IMG/VR virus record: IMGVR_UViG_3300045988_108176
Coordinates: 1 to 55,487 of that record
Origin: a virus
DNA length: 55,487 bases
Reading direction: 5' to 3' (one strand)
Shown here: piece after piece, positions 18,901 to 28,652 of the stretch
Layout: every line of letters begins with the position of its first letter
How positions within the stretch are numbered: position 1 is the first letter of the stretch
Notes under the pieces: model-generated
The model's database searches: none
Seen by the model: the letters and a program-made list of their open reading frames with translations, nothing else
What the model was told of the DNA's origin: nothing
Position numbers and translations under genes: made by a program

Positions 18901-21900
18901 CATTGATGCCTCTATCTGTTATATCGAATAAAGTTAATGGCGCCGGAAAAACTATGTTATACATAGCCGTTTCATTTTTAATAATGGCTAAAGTTATGAA
19001 ATACGTAGGAAAATTGGATTCCGATACGATATTTAAAGGTTTAGCCACATTGAACGCCTTTAAGTGGATGGTTATACAGATGATGGCCATTAACGGGCTG
19101 TGTAAGTCAATGAATAACGCCGGAAAGAATATGCTATACATATCCGTAGCGTTTTTAGTCATGGCGAAAGTCGTAAAATACGCGGGTAGCATATCTGAAA
19201 AAGATACAAACAGAGGAATAAATACATTAAAGAAATTTACTGGTCTTGTAATAGCATTAATGGTAGTTCAAGGCGTTATTGATTTCCTTAATTCGAACGG
19301 TGGTAGTTCGAAACGAGCTTATAGTAATGTCGGTAAAATGATATTATACATAGCTATCGCGTTCGGATTAATGACGTTAGTTATAAAAGCTATATCTAAA
19401 ATAAGCGACAAAAACTTAAAACGAGGAATAACTGTTTTATGGATATTTGCAGGCTTAGTATCTGCATTAATTGCAGTTGGTCATTTTCTTGGTGACGTTA
19501 AAGGAAGTGCTTTATCTACAGGCGGCGCTATATTATTGGTCACAATATCAATGCTCGGTATGGCTATAGTCGCTGGTATTATAGGTTTTATTCCGATAAA
19601 TATGCTAAAAAAGGGCGTAACTGTCGTAGGTATTTTCGGATTAATAATAATGGGCCTAATGAAATGCGCGTCGTATGTAAAACCAGACGCTAAGAAAGCA
19701 TTAGGTTCTGTTTTAGCCTTAATGATAACTATGGCTGCCATAGTTGTTATATTTTCATTAATAGACACTAAGAAATTATATGAGTCTGTCGGAGCAGTGG
19801 CAATATTATCAGCATTGATAGCGGGATTAATGATAGCAACTGGATACGTTAAACCTAACGACGACGCATTAAAGGGCCTTAAAAAAGTAATGATTGTTTT
19901 AGTAGTAGTTGCTGCAATTATCGTCGTAATGGACCAATTTGGCGTTAATGGTGAAACTGCGTTGAAGAATGCTATCGCAATAGGCGTCATATTCGTAGCT
20001 CTTGCCGCGTCATTATTTATATTATCGAAAATAGAAAAAGTTAGCAAAGACGCTATAACTGCATTATATATAATAAGTCCAATGTTAATAATAATTGGAG
20101 CTGTTTTATTAGCATTAGATAAATTTAACGTCCAATCTAATATCACTAATGTAATTAGTTTGGCTGTCCTTATAAATGCACTATCGGCTGCGGTATTGAT
20201 ATTAAGTCAGTCGAAAGAGATAAAAAAGGGCGTACTAAAATCATTAGTAATAATGTCACTAGTAATGGGTATATTAGGTGCCATATTATTAGCGATGGAT
20301 AAACTTAATGTCAAAGCAAGTCTTAAAACAGCATTTGCTTTGGCTATTTTAATAAACGCATTGTCGTCGGCTGTCGTAATATTATCGTACGCTAATGTTA
20401 CACTAGACGAGAGCGTTATAAAAACAATGTTAGCTTTAATATTAATGGTTTGTGGAGCTATGTTATTAATTTCGGTGGCTTTGTTAATGTTAAAGAACGT
20501 AAATAATGCTATTCCAAGCGCTCTAGCTTTAACTACAATTATGCTGGCAATGGTACCGTTAATAATCGCGTTAGGTTTAGTTGCAGCAGTTTTATCGTTA
20601 GATGTTCTTGGCGCTGGATGGAAAGCAGCTATGATTATATTAGCCGGTGTTATAGTGTCCATGTTGGCTATAGTCGGTGTTTTAGCGTTAATGCAAGGCA
20701 TAGACAATGCTACTGCAAATGCAATAATATTAGTATTCTTACTCAACGCGATGTCAGATGTATTAATTAAAGTAGCGCCATTAGCTCCGTTAGCTTTAAT
20801 AGCTAGTGTAGCTATAGGAGCATTATCGGCTGTATTAGTTGTATTAGGAGGTTTAATAACCGTAATTGGTGCCCTAACATCAAAATACCCTCAAATAGAA
20901 GATTATATTAATAAAGGCGCTCCTATCATGATTAAACTTGCCAACACAGTAGGACAAATGATTGGCGCGTTTATAGCCGGTATAGCCGAAGGAATAATGC
21001 AAATTTTACCTGCATTTGGTCAGGCACTTAGTGACTTTGCTAACAATTTAAATAAGGGTTTCATAGAAGTAATGAAACTCGCCGCCGACGAGCAGGTTCT
21101 TACTGGTGCCGGAATTTTAGTAGCTTCTATATTAGCATTATGCGTAGCCCAATTAATTAACGGGATAACTAATTTACTACCGTTCGTTCCTAGTATGTTC
21201 GACCTTGGCGTTCAATTAAGCAAATTTGCTGTTGCATCTATACCGTTTATTATTGCTTGTAAACAAATGGGACCTGATGGAGCAATGGGAGCACAAGCAT
21301 TATGCGAAGCATTAATGATGATAACAAAGGCTGAACTACTCCAAAGTTTAACCGGTTTCATAGAGTTTTTTACTGGTTCAAGTGATTCGTTTGATACCAT
21401 GTTATCAAAATTAGTATCATTCGGTTATGCTGCGGTAGAGTTTTCCAACGCCGTATCTGGTAATATCGATGTCGAAGCTGTCACTGCTGCTGTATCTATA
21501 GGTGAAATGATTACTTCATTACAAGAAGCAGTACCGGCAGTCGCGGCATTTAATGATGCTGACTTCGATTCATTTAGTGCATCAGTAGCTGGTTTTGGAT
21601 TTGCCATGGTAGCCATGAACAACGCGTTAACAGATGAAGAAGGTAACAGTGTAATAAACTTAAACGCAATAGACACTGCAAAGAAAGCCGGATTATTAAT
21701 GACAGAATTGGCTGATAAAATTCCTAAACGTAAAGGTTGGGTTACTAAAATAATGGGTGAAGCTGACCTAGGTGTATTTGGAGCAAGTTGCGCCGCATAT
21801 GGTGCTGCTATGGTTTTGTTTAGTAATACTGTTACTGATTCTGAAGGTAAGAGTAGATTAAATACAGAATCGATTAAAGCTGCTGCAGATGCTGGCGGAA

Positions 21901-23471
21901 TAATGGCTGAGTTAAACGGAAAAGTTCCTACGAGTGACGGTTTCTGGCAGAAGGTCGCTGGTTCCAAAGATTTAGGTGATTTCGGAGCCAGTATAGAAGC
22001 TTATGGACAAGCTATGATTAGATTTAGTGATGCCGTTGTCGACAAAAACGGTACTGTTAAAATCAATCCAAGAGCAGTAGACGCAGCGTATTACGCAGGT
22101 AATATATTCGCTTCTTTAACTAATTCATTAGCTCCTCAACAGGGTGTTATATCATCCTTGTTCACGTCCGAAAAAGACTTGAGCGATTTCGGCGCCCAGC
22201 TGGAAAGTTTCGGTACGTCAGTAGTAAATTTCTCATCAACAGTTGACGGTAATTTAGGCGATGACCCTAAAGGCATGATAGATGATGTAAGTTATATTGT
22301 CACAAGTATTCTCGGTGTATTACCTTCAGAAGAAAATGGTAATAAAGCTATCTTGGATAAGAATCTAATCGGTAAGTTTGGTGATAATTTCAAGACTTTA
22401 GGTGAAAAAATTAAAGGTTTTAGCGATAAAGTAAAGAACATAGACGAAACGGCTGTAACGAGCGCAGCGCAAGCGATAAAAGATTTATCAGCGGCTGGTG
22501 CAAGTATGGAAAGCGTAACTACAACCGGCGCTAATTCGTTTGGCGCTAAGTTGACTGCGTTAGCTGATGCTATGTACAATTTTAATACTAAAATGGCGAA
22601 TTACGATTTCTCTGGTTTGAAAAATTTCGCTGAAGCATTAGTAGAATTTGCTCATATCTCTATCGACAACTATGTTTTAGCATATAAAGATGGATATAAG
22701 CAATTATATTCTGCAGGTTATTCCGCAGGTGAAATAACAAGAAGAGGTTTCAGCGATGCATTGTTAGACCCAATCGAAAAACCGATAGCAACTATAATGA
22801 CTACCGTTATGGATACAATAGCTAATACCTTAAACGACAATAATAAAAAAGAAAGTATAAGAATAGGCGCTGGTAATGTAGTGTCACTTATAATTTCCGA
22901 ATTTAATTATCGTTTGGGAATAGGACCTTCTTCTACCAATGATTTCTACAATATCGGTGTAAAAATAATAGCTTCCATCATTGACGGTATGTCTGATAAA
23001 GCTGCTAGTGCAAGAGATAGGGCTGGCGTTATACTGGACGATATATACTCTACAATCGATAAAAAGACACGTGGTCGTGCTGGGACTAAAGCAAATGGTA
23101 ATACTCTCAGTGGATTACAAAGTGCAACTGAAGACATAGTGAATGCTATGAGTTTATCGACCGAGTTTCAGCCTACAATTAGACCGATTCTTGATTTATC
23201 GGATATTACATCTGGTGGTAAACGGATTAACTCTATATTTGATGGATTTAGTATTAGTACTTCGTTCAGATTAGCGTCTACGTCCAATAGCATGTTTAAC
23301 GCTAATCGTTCGAACAATATATCTCCGCTTGATATTTTGAAGAATGTATCCAGTACACCTAAAACAGTAAACAATTACGAAATAAATGGAATTTCCTACG
23401 ACGACGGTTCAACTGTAGCGAACGCAATTTTACAGCTTATAAACGCAGTCAGAGTAGAAGAAAGGATGTAA
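15909..23471 (+). CDS. tape measure protein (~2,520 aa) with a very large hydrophobic repeat region
   Basis: N-terminal TMP core (GQGRLMGDQLLQLSGRGMNAAATLAEEFG...GQISFDMFAQAM). ATG 15909 overlaps the upstream stop (ATGA). Sits after the chaperones. Confidence 0.85.
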   Translation: MSGKGVDERILSMKFDNASFEKNAKVTINTLDKLQRTLDTTKLSKDISNLYSYVTKIGTEVKTFIAIKYAIKGIDAALKSVTEGGKRRAENLENAHFQLQGLLKDEEKVSEIMNDVSKSVDGTAYGLDAAAKVASQLAASNVKAGDQMFTALRGIAGVAAMTNSSYEDIGRIFTQVAGQGRLMGDQLLQLSGRGMNAAATLAEEFGLTEAVVRDMVSKGQISFDMFAQAMDSAFGEHAKKANETMTGALSNVKSALGRIGALFYSPLIEQNGALVQLFNALRVKTNELKDALAPTISKIVDIAIKAINWATSIINKIDFSSIASKILKPFTAVKQTFDDIGTRVQSTSKIITNASDVINEVINGKWDVGAKRWDKLTNAGYNWVAVQNGVNETLGSTYRHAEQLSNTIDDLTNNVSDSNQVINLSNNTLALTKRNYAATKTSVSGLSDAMSQLSIYANKAGYSVDDVVKDHSLLSMSSLLLDSLSNIVKIIKSLGKSIAKSWNNVFGSLDNVNPVFNLIAGFRKLTSELQITEEVSDKITRTFNGLFAVLDLIRMVVGGGVSLAMKAIRFIFETFGLKVLDVTAALGDAIVAVRNWIKNTLKSSGILNGIKRILTPIIKLIVDAAKSIYNWAKENNLLNKIASGLGTILQGVAYFIEKVVTKVVDWIKNSSLLRNILTKVGSVISELIDKTSKWIDGLKNTDSIPEYIISGLVSGLTSGIVKVKEVVGLLANAILSTLREILGIHSPARVPMEYGELTGEGYSIGLSHANEKGVQAATEFTGKVLTTMKDITVDGVRNLVSNMPKIMDVISKIPWGSIVFGGMAIALVKGVGKLNTTIDKVGAIIANNPLTILTKAVENYTAGMKNLLTELGKAKKIKAITQMMYSVAVSIGVLAASIYLLSKVDKGGMVRAMIMITFIAAILAALTSLMYLLDKKSSAWNKVGKDAKIINSTVLNMIGIAASFLLMATAFKTLANIKQENVAQAIVMMGALWLIALTLMPLSVISNKVNGAGKTMLYIAVSFLIMAKVMKYVGKLDSDTIFKGLATLNAFKWMVIQMMAINGLCKSMNNAGKNMLYISVAFLVMAKVVKYAGSISEKDTNRGINTLKKFTGLVIALMVVQGVIDFLNSNGGSSKRAYSNVGKMILYIAIAFGLMTLVIKAISKISDKNLKRGITVLWIFAGLVSALIAVGHFLGDVKGSALSTGGAILLVTISMLGMAIVAGIIGFIPINMLKKGVTVVGIFGLIIMGLMKCASYVKPDAKKALGSVLALMITMAAIVVIFSLIDTKKLYESVGAVAILSALIAGLMIATGYVKPNDDALKGLKKVMIVLVVVAAIIVVMDQFGVNGETALKNAIAIGVIFVALAASLFILSKIEKVSKDAITALYIISPMLIIIGAVLLALDKFNVQSNITNVISLAVLINALSAAVLILSQSKEIKKGVLKSLVIMSLVMGILGAILLAMDKLNVKASLKTAFALAILINALSSAVVILSYANVTLDESVIKTMLALILMVCGAMLLISVALLMLKNVNNAIPSALALTTIMLAMVPLIIALGLVAAVLSLDVLGAGWKAAMIILAGVIVSMLAIVGVLALMQGIDNATANAIILVFLLNAMSDVLIKVAPLAPLALIASVAIGALSAVLVVLGGLITVIGALTSKYPQIEDYINKGAPIMIKLANTVGQMIGAFIAGIAEGIMQILPAFGQALSDFANNLNKGFIEVMKLAADEQVLTGAGILVASILALCVAQLINGITNLLPFVPSMFDLGVQLSKFAVASIPFIIACKQMGPDGAMGAQALCEALMMITKAELLQSLTGFIEFFTGSSDSFDTMLSKLVSFGYAAVEFSNAVSGNIDVEAVTAAVSIGEMITSLQEAVPAVAAFNDADFDSFSASVAGFGFAMVAMNNALTDEEGNSVINLNAIDTAKKAGLLMTELADKIPKRKGWVTKIMGEADLGVFGASCAAYGAAMVLFSNTVTDSEGKSRLNTESIKAAADAGGIMAELNGKVPTSDGFWQKVAGSKDLGDFGASIEAYGQAMIRFSDAVVDKNGTVKINPRAVDAAYYAGNIFASLTNSLAPQQGVISSLFTSEKDLSDFGAQLESFGTSVVNFSSTVDGNLGDDPKGMIDDVSYIVTSILGVLPSEENGNKAILDKNLIGKFGDNFKTLGEKIKGFSDKVKNIDETAVTSAAQAIKDLSAAGASMESVTTTGANSFGAKLTALADAMYNFNTKMANYDFSGLKNFAEALVEFAHISIDNYVLAYKDGYKQLYSAGYSAGEITRRGFSDALLDPIEKPIATIMTTVMDTIANTLNDNNKKESIRIGAGNVVSLIISEFNYRLGIGPSSTNDFYNIGVKIIASIIDGMSDKAASARDRAGVILDDIYSTIDKKTRGRAGTKANGNTLSGLQSATEDIVNAMSLSTEFQPTIRPILDLSDITSGGKRINSIFDGFSISTSFRLASTSNSMFNANRSNNISPLDILKNVSSTPKTVNNYEINGISYDDGSTVANAILQLINAVRVEERM

Positions 23472-23472
23472 A

Positions 23473-25797
23473 ATGGCATCACCAATTGTAACTAAATTCG
23501 AAGTCCAAACTGGTACTACAAATACGTTATTTGCCAAGTGGACATGGGATAAAAACCATACCGCAAACTATAAAACCAAATGGCAATATAAAGTAGATAC
23601 CTTAACGACTGGTTCTCAAGGATGGTTCGACGGACAAGAAGGAAGTCCGTCTACCAAACAAGAGACTTGGGGTATTCCAAGTAATGCAAAAAAGATACGT
23701 TTTAAGGTAAAAGCTGTATCTGAAACGTATCAAGATTCTAATAATAATGAACATAGTTATTGGACATCCGACTGGAGCAGTTGGGTTTATTTTGTTGTTG
23801 CAGAGGAGGCGCCACCTTCAGCGCCTTCTACTCCTCAAGTAGAACTCGACGAATTATATAATTTAACTATGTCTTTGGAAGGGTTGACATATCCTAAAGG
23901 TTCTCAAATCCAGTTTGCGATAGCTGTTGATGGAAGTAACACATTACAACGAAGTAGCTGGCTTGATATTCCAATAACAAACGCGGTGAGCTATGTCGTA
24001 ACTCTTCAACCCGGTAAAACGTATAGGGTAAAAGCTAGAGCTAGAACTACAACGGATAATATATCTGAATGGAGTGCATATTCAGCTGGAACTTTAACTC
24101 CTCCCCCAGTTCCTTGGGAAATAACTGAATGTAGAGCAACCTCTCTAACATCAATTTATATTTCTTGGAGTGAGGTACCAACTGCTACTTCATATGAACT
24201 TCAATATGCTGAAAAAGTTTCAGATTTCTTTTACCAAGATACAGCTACTAGCATAACCGGTATATTGTATAATAGTTTCGAAAAAACCGGGTTACAAACA
24301 GGAAAAGTATATGTCTTCCGAGTAAGGGCTGTTAACTCAGCAGGTAATTCACCTTGGTCGGTATCGTACGGACGAGTATCTTTAGGAAAAAAACCTAATC
24401 CGCCTACAACATGGTCATCAACAACTACCGTTTCAGTTGTTGATACAGTAGTACTATATTGGCTACATAATGCTGAAGACAATTCGAAACAAACTGCGGC
24501 AATGATAGTATTGTCCTCACCTAGTGCGAAACAAAAAGAAATAAATGTAACCGGAGAAACGACGTCGTATACGTTAAAGAGTGCTGATTTACCTGAGTTT
24601 TTCAAAGACGGTGCTGTTATAAATTGGAAAGTTAAGACAAAAGGTGCTTTAGATGATTACAGCGATTTCTCGGAAGAAAAGACTATTAACGTATACATAT
24701 CTCCTTCGTTAGAAATGCACCTAACTGATGGAACTGGAAATGAAGTGGTAGATACAGTCATTTCGTATCCATTAACAGTAACCGGTATATACGTCGCCGC
24801 AAATCAAAAGCCGATTACATACTTGTTAGAAATAACTGCTAACAACAACTTCGACAGTCAAGATTCATACGGAAATGACATCATTGTTACTAAAGGTACA
24901 GTTTTATATTCTGAGCATTTCGACATTGATACGAATTTTAGTAAAATATTAACTCCTAAAGATGTCAAATTAGATAACAACGGTGAATATACGTTAAACT
25001 TATATGTCACTATGAACAGCGGTCTAATTGGCTGGGGTCAATATATATTTACTGTAGCATGGTCTCAGACGGTACCGGAACCTAATGCTGAAATCGCTAT
25101 AAACAGGGACACCTATCAGGCGTATATACGTCCTTATTGTATATTTAATACTGGGTTTAAACCAGTAAAAATGTATTTGTCTGTTTATAGACGAGAGAAC
25201 GACGGACGATTCACAACAATTATGGAAAACATAGAGCAAGCAACCGATGGGAATAGATATATATACGCAACTGACCCTCATCCTGCTTTAGATTCCGCTC
25301 GATATAGAATTGTTGCTAAATCTTCGACTACCGGAGAAATGAATTATTACGACGTTCCGGGCATAGAATTCGGTGAGAAGGCTGTAATTATTCAGTGGGA
25401 TGAAAATTACGTCCCGTATGACATAGATAGTAATGACAGAGTCAAAGAAAGTAACGGTTGGAATGGTTCTTTATTAAAACTTCCTTATAACATAGACGTA
25501 GATAATAAAATAGCAAAAGACGTAACATTGGTAGAATACGCAGGCAGAGAGAATCCTGTGTCGTATTATGGTGTGCTAAAAAAACAAACCGGTTCGTGGA
25601 AGGTAGAGGTACCTAAATACGATAAAGAGACACTGTATCAGTTACAACGTCTTAACCTATACTGTGGAGATGTATATGTTAGAGAACCGTCCGGTGTAGG
25701 TTATTGGGCTAACATAAATGTAACATTCTCTTTAACACATCTTGCAGTAACGGTTCCTGTCACACTAGAGATAACCAGAGTTGAGGGAGGGATGTAA
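23473..25797 (+). CDS. distal tail protein (Dit-like) with FN3-type insertions
   Basis: FN3-like segments (TSLTSIYISWSEVPTATSYELQY...VYVFRVRAVNSAGNSPWS), a C-terminal siphovirus tail-component-like region, and position right after the TMP. Confidence 0.55.
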   Translation: MASPIVTKFEVQTGTTNTLFAKWTWDKNHTANYKTKWQYKVDTLTTGSQGWFDGQEGSPSTKQETWGIPSNAKKIRFKVKAVSETYQDSNNNEHSYWTSDWSSWVYFVVAEEAPPSAPSTPQVELDELYNLTMSLEGLTYPKGSQIQFAIAVDGSNTLQRSSWLDIPITNAVSYVVTLQPGKTYRVKARARTTTDNISEWSAYSAGTLTPPPVPWEITECRATSLTSIYISWSEVPTATSYELQYAEKVSDFFYQDTATSITGILYNSFEKTGLQTGKVYVFRVRAVNSAGNSPWSVSYGRVSLGKKPNPPTTWSSTTTVSVVDTVVLYWLHNAEDNSKQTAAMIVLSSPSAKQKEINVTGETTSYTLKSADLPEFFKDGAVINWKVKTKGALDDYSDFSEEKTINVYISPSLEMHLTDGTGNEVVDTVISYPLTVTGIYVAANQKPITYLLEITANNNFDSQDSYGNDIIVTKGTVLYSEHFDIDTNFSKILTPKDVKLDNNGEYTLNLYVTMNSGLIGWGQYIFTVAWSQTVPEPNAEIAINRDTYQAYIRPYCIFNTGFKPVKMYLSVYRRENDGRFTTIMENIEQATDGNRYIYATDPHPALDSARYRIVAKSSTTGEMNYYDVPGIEFGEKAVIIQWDENYVPYDIDSNDRVKESNGWNGSLLKLPYNIDVDNKIAKDVTLVEYAGRENPVSYYGVLKKQTGSWKVEVPKYDKETLYQLQRLNLYCGDVYVREPSGVGYWANINVTFSLTHLAVTVPVTLEITRVEGGM

Positions 25798-25799
25798 TT

Positions 25800-26876
25800 A
25801 TGGTAGATTGGACTAAATCTATGACCCAATCATTCGAATATTACTACGTTGACGAAAATACTTGGAAGGATAAAACACGTTTAAGTAGTGTAATAAGCTC
25901 AGATTTCCAAAGAGATTTAACTTCAGAGACACTTGGTTCGGCTACATTCAACTCTCATGAATTTGATGGAGAAAAGTATATACGAACATATTTAATTGTA
26001 GTTCAAAATGGAATTAGAGAAAGAATATGTTTGAATACTAGTCTTGTTCAGACACCATCTTTATCGTTTGACGGAAAAGTTTTTTCTAAAAACCTTCAAG
26101 CATATTCACCGTTGTATGAATTAAAAGACGGTAAACCACCTGTTGGTTACTATTTAAAAATTGGTTCTAACATATTAGAAAGCGCAATAACATTACTCAC
26201 TGAGAACTGTCGAGCACCAGTTGTTAGAAAAACACTTAGTAAAAATCTTTTAACTGATTTCGTTGCTAATTCAGGTGATGATTGGTTGACTTTCATAAGT
26301 GATTTGTTAGGTCAGGCGGAACATCATATAGCTCTTTCCCCTTCTGGAGAAATCCTTTTGGAAAAAGATGTAAAATTTTCTGAGACAATACCTATATGGG
26401 AATTCAATGACGATAACTCATCTATACTTCTTCCGAGTATAACTATGGAATACGACTTATGCGATATACCTAACACAGTAGAAGTAATTTATTCTGACGA
26501 TAAAAATTATATTTTTTCGAGAGTTGTCAATGATGACCCAGACTCACCAACTTCCACTGTATCTAGAGGTCGTGAAATTCTGGCTAGGGTTACTCAACCG
26601 GTTATAGTTGGTAATCCTACACAAGATGAAGTCAATGATTATGCTAAACGAACGCTTGAACAGATGTCAACTGTAACTTACAAACTGAATTATTCTCACG
26701 GTTATTGCCCGGTAACCATAGGTGATTCTATAAGACTAAATTACAAAAAAGCTGGATTGTATAATATTAAGGCAAAGGTAATGTCTCAGACTTATAATTG
26801 TGGTAAATCGATATCAGTTTCCGAGACAGCAGCATTTCCGGTTAATTTGTGGAAAGGAACTATGTATCATGTATAA
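25800..26876 (+). CDS. tail-associated / baseplate hub-like protein (Tal N-domain-like)
   Basis: 358 aa, position after Dit. No enzymatic motif seen. Confidence 0.4.
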   Translation: MVDWTKSMTQSFEYYYVDENTWKDKTRLSSVISSDFQRDLTSETLGSATFNSHEFDGEKYIRTYLIVVQNGIRERICLNTSLVQTPSLSFDGKVFSKNLQAYSPLYELKDGKPPVGYYLKIGSNILESAITLLTENCRAPVVRKTLSKNLLTDFVANSGDDWLTFISDLLGQAEHHIALSPSGEILLEKDVKFSETIPIWEFNDDNSSILLPSITMEYDLCDIPNTVEVIYSDDKNYIFSRVVNDDPDSPTSTVSRGREILARVTQPVIVGNPTQDEVNDYAKRTLEQMSTVTYKLNYSHGYCPVTIGDSIRLNYKKAGLYNIKAKVMSQTYNCGKSISVSETAAFPVNLWKGTMYHV

Positions 26877-27771
26877 ACTGCCTCCTAACATAGTTAAGAC
26901 GTTTGCGTCTACGTTTAAAAAAGAAAAACCAAAAATATCTTCTACTGTTTATGGATATGCTGTTATAAACGAAGGACAAATTTATGTTAAATTGGATGGG
27001 TCGACAGAATATACACCAGTGGTTTCAACCATAGACGTTGTTGACGGTGATAGAGTAATAGTTAACATAACAAACCATAGAGCTATAATTGTAAATAATA
27101 TTTCTTCTCCTGCAGCTAGAAGTAATTCTGTGACTGAAATAAAAAGCGAATTATCTGATATGACTGACGTTCATAAAACAACGTTCGCATTTAAAAGTTT
27201 GAATAACGTTACGTTAGAGTCTTTTTATGATTATATGATAAAAAAAGGATTTATAACTAGATACGTTAAAATGTCTGACGAGACAGAAGAAGCATCTGCT
27301 GTGGTTTTGTTCAACTTATCGTCCGGAGCCGCTATATCAGGTTCGAATATATTAAACAATAGTATAACTAGCGATAAACTTGCCGAATCCGCGGCAACAG
27401 AGATAATTTCCAAAATACCAGATACTGGTTTTGTTGCGTTAACGTTACAGTCTAGTTTTGAAAATTACAACGACTCTTCTAAATTAAGTTATCGTGAAAT
27501 AAATAATAGTATGGTTTATTTAGACGGAGTCGTTAAAAGAGCAAAAGGTTTAACAAGCAGTCAGATTTTAACTATTATTCCGAAAAACGTAGCACCAAGA
27601 CACGATATGGAATTTATATTTCCATGTGACAATGATAGAATGTGCTATGCTACTTTGTCAACGATAGGTATATTAACTATAACAAGTGTATACGACCAAG
27701 ACGGAACAAAATCTACTGAACCGTTAAACCGTGTTTACATAAATACATCATATACAGTATTGAGAGGATAA
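26869..27771 (+). CDS. tail tip / receptor-binding candidate
   Basis: ATG 26869 overlaps the upstream gene by 8 nt. N-terminus ...YVKLDGSTEYTPV..T.DVVDGDRVIV... is typical of tail-tip proteins. Confidence 0.35.
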   Translation: MYKLPPNIVKTFASTFKKEKPKISSTVYGYAVINEGQIYVKLDGSTEYTPVVSTIDVVDGDRVIVNITNHRAIIVNNISSPAARSNSVTEIKSELSDMTDVHKTTFAFKSLNNVTLESFYDYMIKKGFITRYVKMSDETEEASAVVLFNLSSGAAISGSNILNNSITSDKLAESAATEIISKIPDTGFVALTLQSSFENYNDSSKLSYREINNSMVYLDGVVKRAKGLTSSQILTIIPKNVAPRHDMEFIFPCDNDRMCYATLSTIGILTITSVYDQDGTKSTEPLNRVYINTSYTVLRG

Positions 27772-27774
27772 CAT

Positions 27775-28041
27775 ATGGATAATACAATTTTAGTTGCTAT
27801 TCTATCCTTTATAGGCACTATAATTGGTACGTTCGGCGGTATACTTACTGCTAATAAACTAACTAATTATAGATTAGCTCAGATAGAAAAAAAGATAGAA
27901 CAGAATACATTATCGTACGAACATATTGCTGCTGAATTATGCAACTTGCGCACATCATATGAAGTGTGTTCGGTTAAAATATGTAACTTAGAAAAAAGAT
28001 TAAACAACATAGAAAAACTCATGGAGGGGAAAGACATATGA
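27775..28041 (+). CDS. N-terminal TM + coiled-coil protein, coupled to the holin (lysis accessory?)
   Basis: ILVAILSFIGTIIGTFGGIL is a TM segment. The stop overlaps the holin ATG (ATGA). Confidence 0.4.
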   Translation: MDNTILVAILSFIGTIIGTFGGILTANKLTNYRLAQIEKKIEQNTLSYEHIAAELCNLRTSYEVCSVKICNLEKRLNNIEKLMEGKDI

Positions 28042-28295
28042 AATTAAATTTTAAAGTTAGGTTAAAGAACAAGTTGTTTTGGACAACCATGATACCTGCC
28101 GTGATTTTACTTGTAACGCAGGTATGTAAATTATTCGGTCTCAATTTGGACCTTAGTGGTGTATCATCTTCGTTACTAGACATAGTTTCTACAGTATTTA
28201 TAATTTTAACAATTTTGGGTATTGTTAATGACCCAACTACTAACGGCATGTCTGATTCAGACCTTGCAATGACATACAAAGAGCCTAAACGATAA
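28038..28295 (+). CDS. holin (phi LC3 / Phage_holin_1 family)
   Basis: NFKVRLKNKLFWTTMIPAVILLV...GIVNDPTTNGMSDSDLAMTYKEPK closely matches the family pattern. Confidence 0.85.
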   Translation: MKLNFKVRLKNKLFWTTMIPAVILLVTQVCKLFGLNLDLSGVSSSLLDIVSTVFIILTILGIVNDPTTNGMSDSDLAMTYKEPKR

Positions 28296-28313
28296 AAACA
28301 TATACTATTATGG
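28290..28313 (+). promoter_or_regulatory. promoter-like core c0 (no hairpin; overlaps the holin stop)
   Basis: cgatAAAAACAtatacTATTATGG. Confidence 0.5.
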
Positions 28314-28348
28314 AGTAAAATCCATACTTTATATTTTAGGAGGATGCT

Positions 28349-28534
28349 ATGAACATTGTTGAAAACATAATCGAAAAGGGTTTGTTTGTTATTGGAGGCG
28401 CTCTGTTGGGGTTGATTATATCTAAAAAGGTATACGACGTCAATAGTGATGCCTATATTAACGACATGGCAAACATACAGTGTAAGCTAGACGAAATTGA
28501 TAGCAAAGTTCAGGTCATTTATGACAGAAAGTAA
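28349..28534 (+). CDS. small membrane protein (cassette 0)
   Basis: 61 aa, AGGAGG SD, TM segment GLFVIGGALLGLII. Confidence 0.6.
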   Translation: MNIVENIIEKGLFVIGGALLGLIISKKVYDVNSDAYINDMANIQCKLDEIDSKVQVIYDRK

Positions 28535-28553
28535 AAAGTAAAACCCAATAAGG

Positions 28554-28613
28554 GCACTCACTTGAAAAACAGTGGGTGTTCTTTTTTGACGATAGAAACA
28601 TGGTGTATTATGG
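28554..28613 (+). promoter_or_regulatory. cassette junction J1: terminator hairpin + T-run + promoter-like core
   Basis: 8-bp stem (2 G-U), loop TTGAAAAACA, TCTTTTTT, then cgatAGAAACA-N5-TATTATGG. Confidence 0.6.
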
Positions 28614-28652
28614 AGTAAAATCCGAAATATTTTTGACATTTAGGAGGAAAAC

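Noticed and set aside
28586-28611. Reading the junctions as ordinary sigma-70 promoters (TTGACG ... TATTAT)
   Set aside because: - The spacer between the hexamers is 14 nt in all copies, outside the functional 16-18-nt range.
- TTGACG is lost in several copies, while flanking non-hexamer positions are invariant.
- I kept it as a promoter-like core of unknown specificity.
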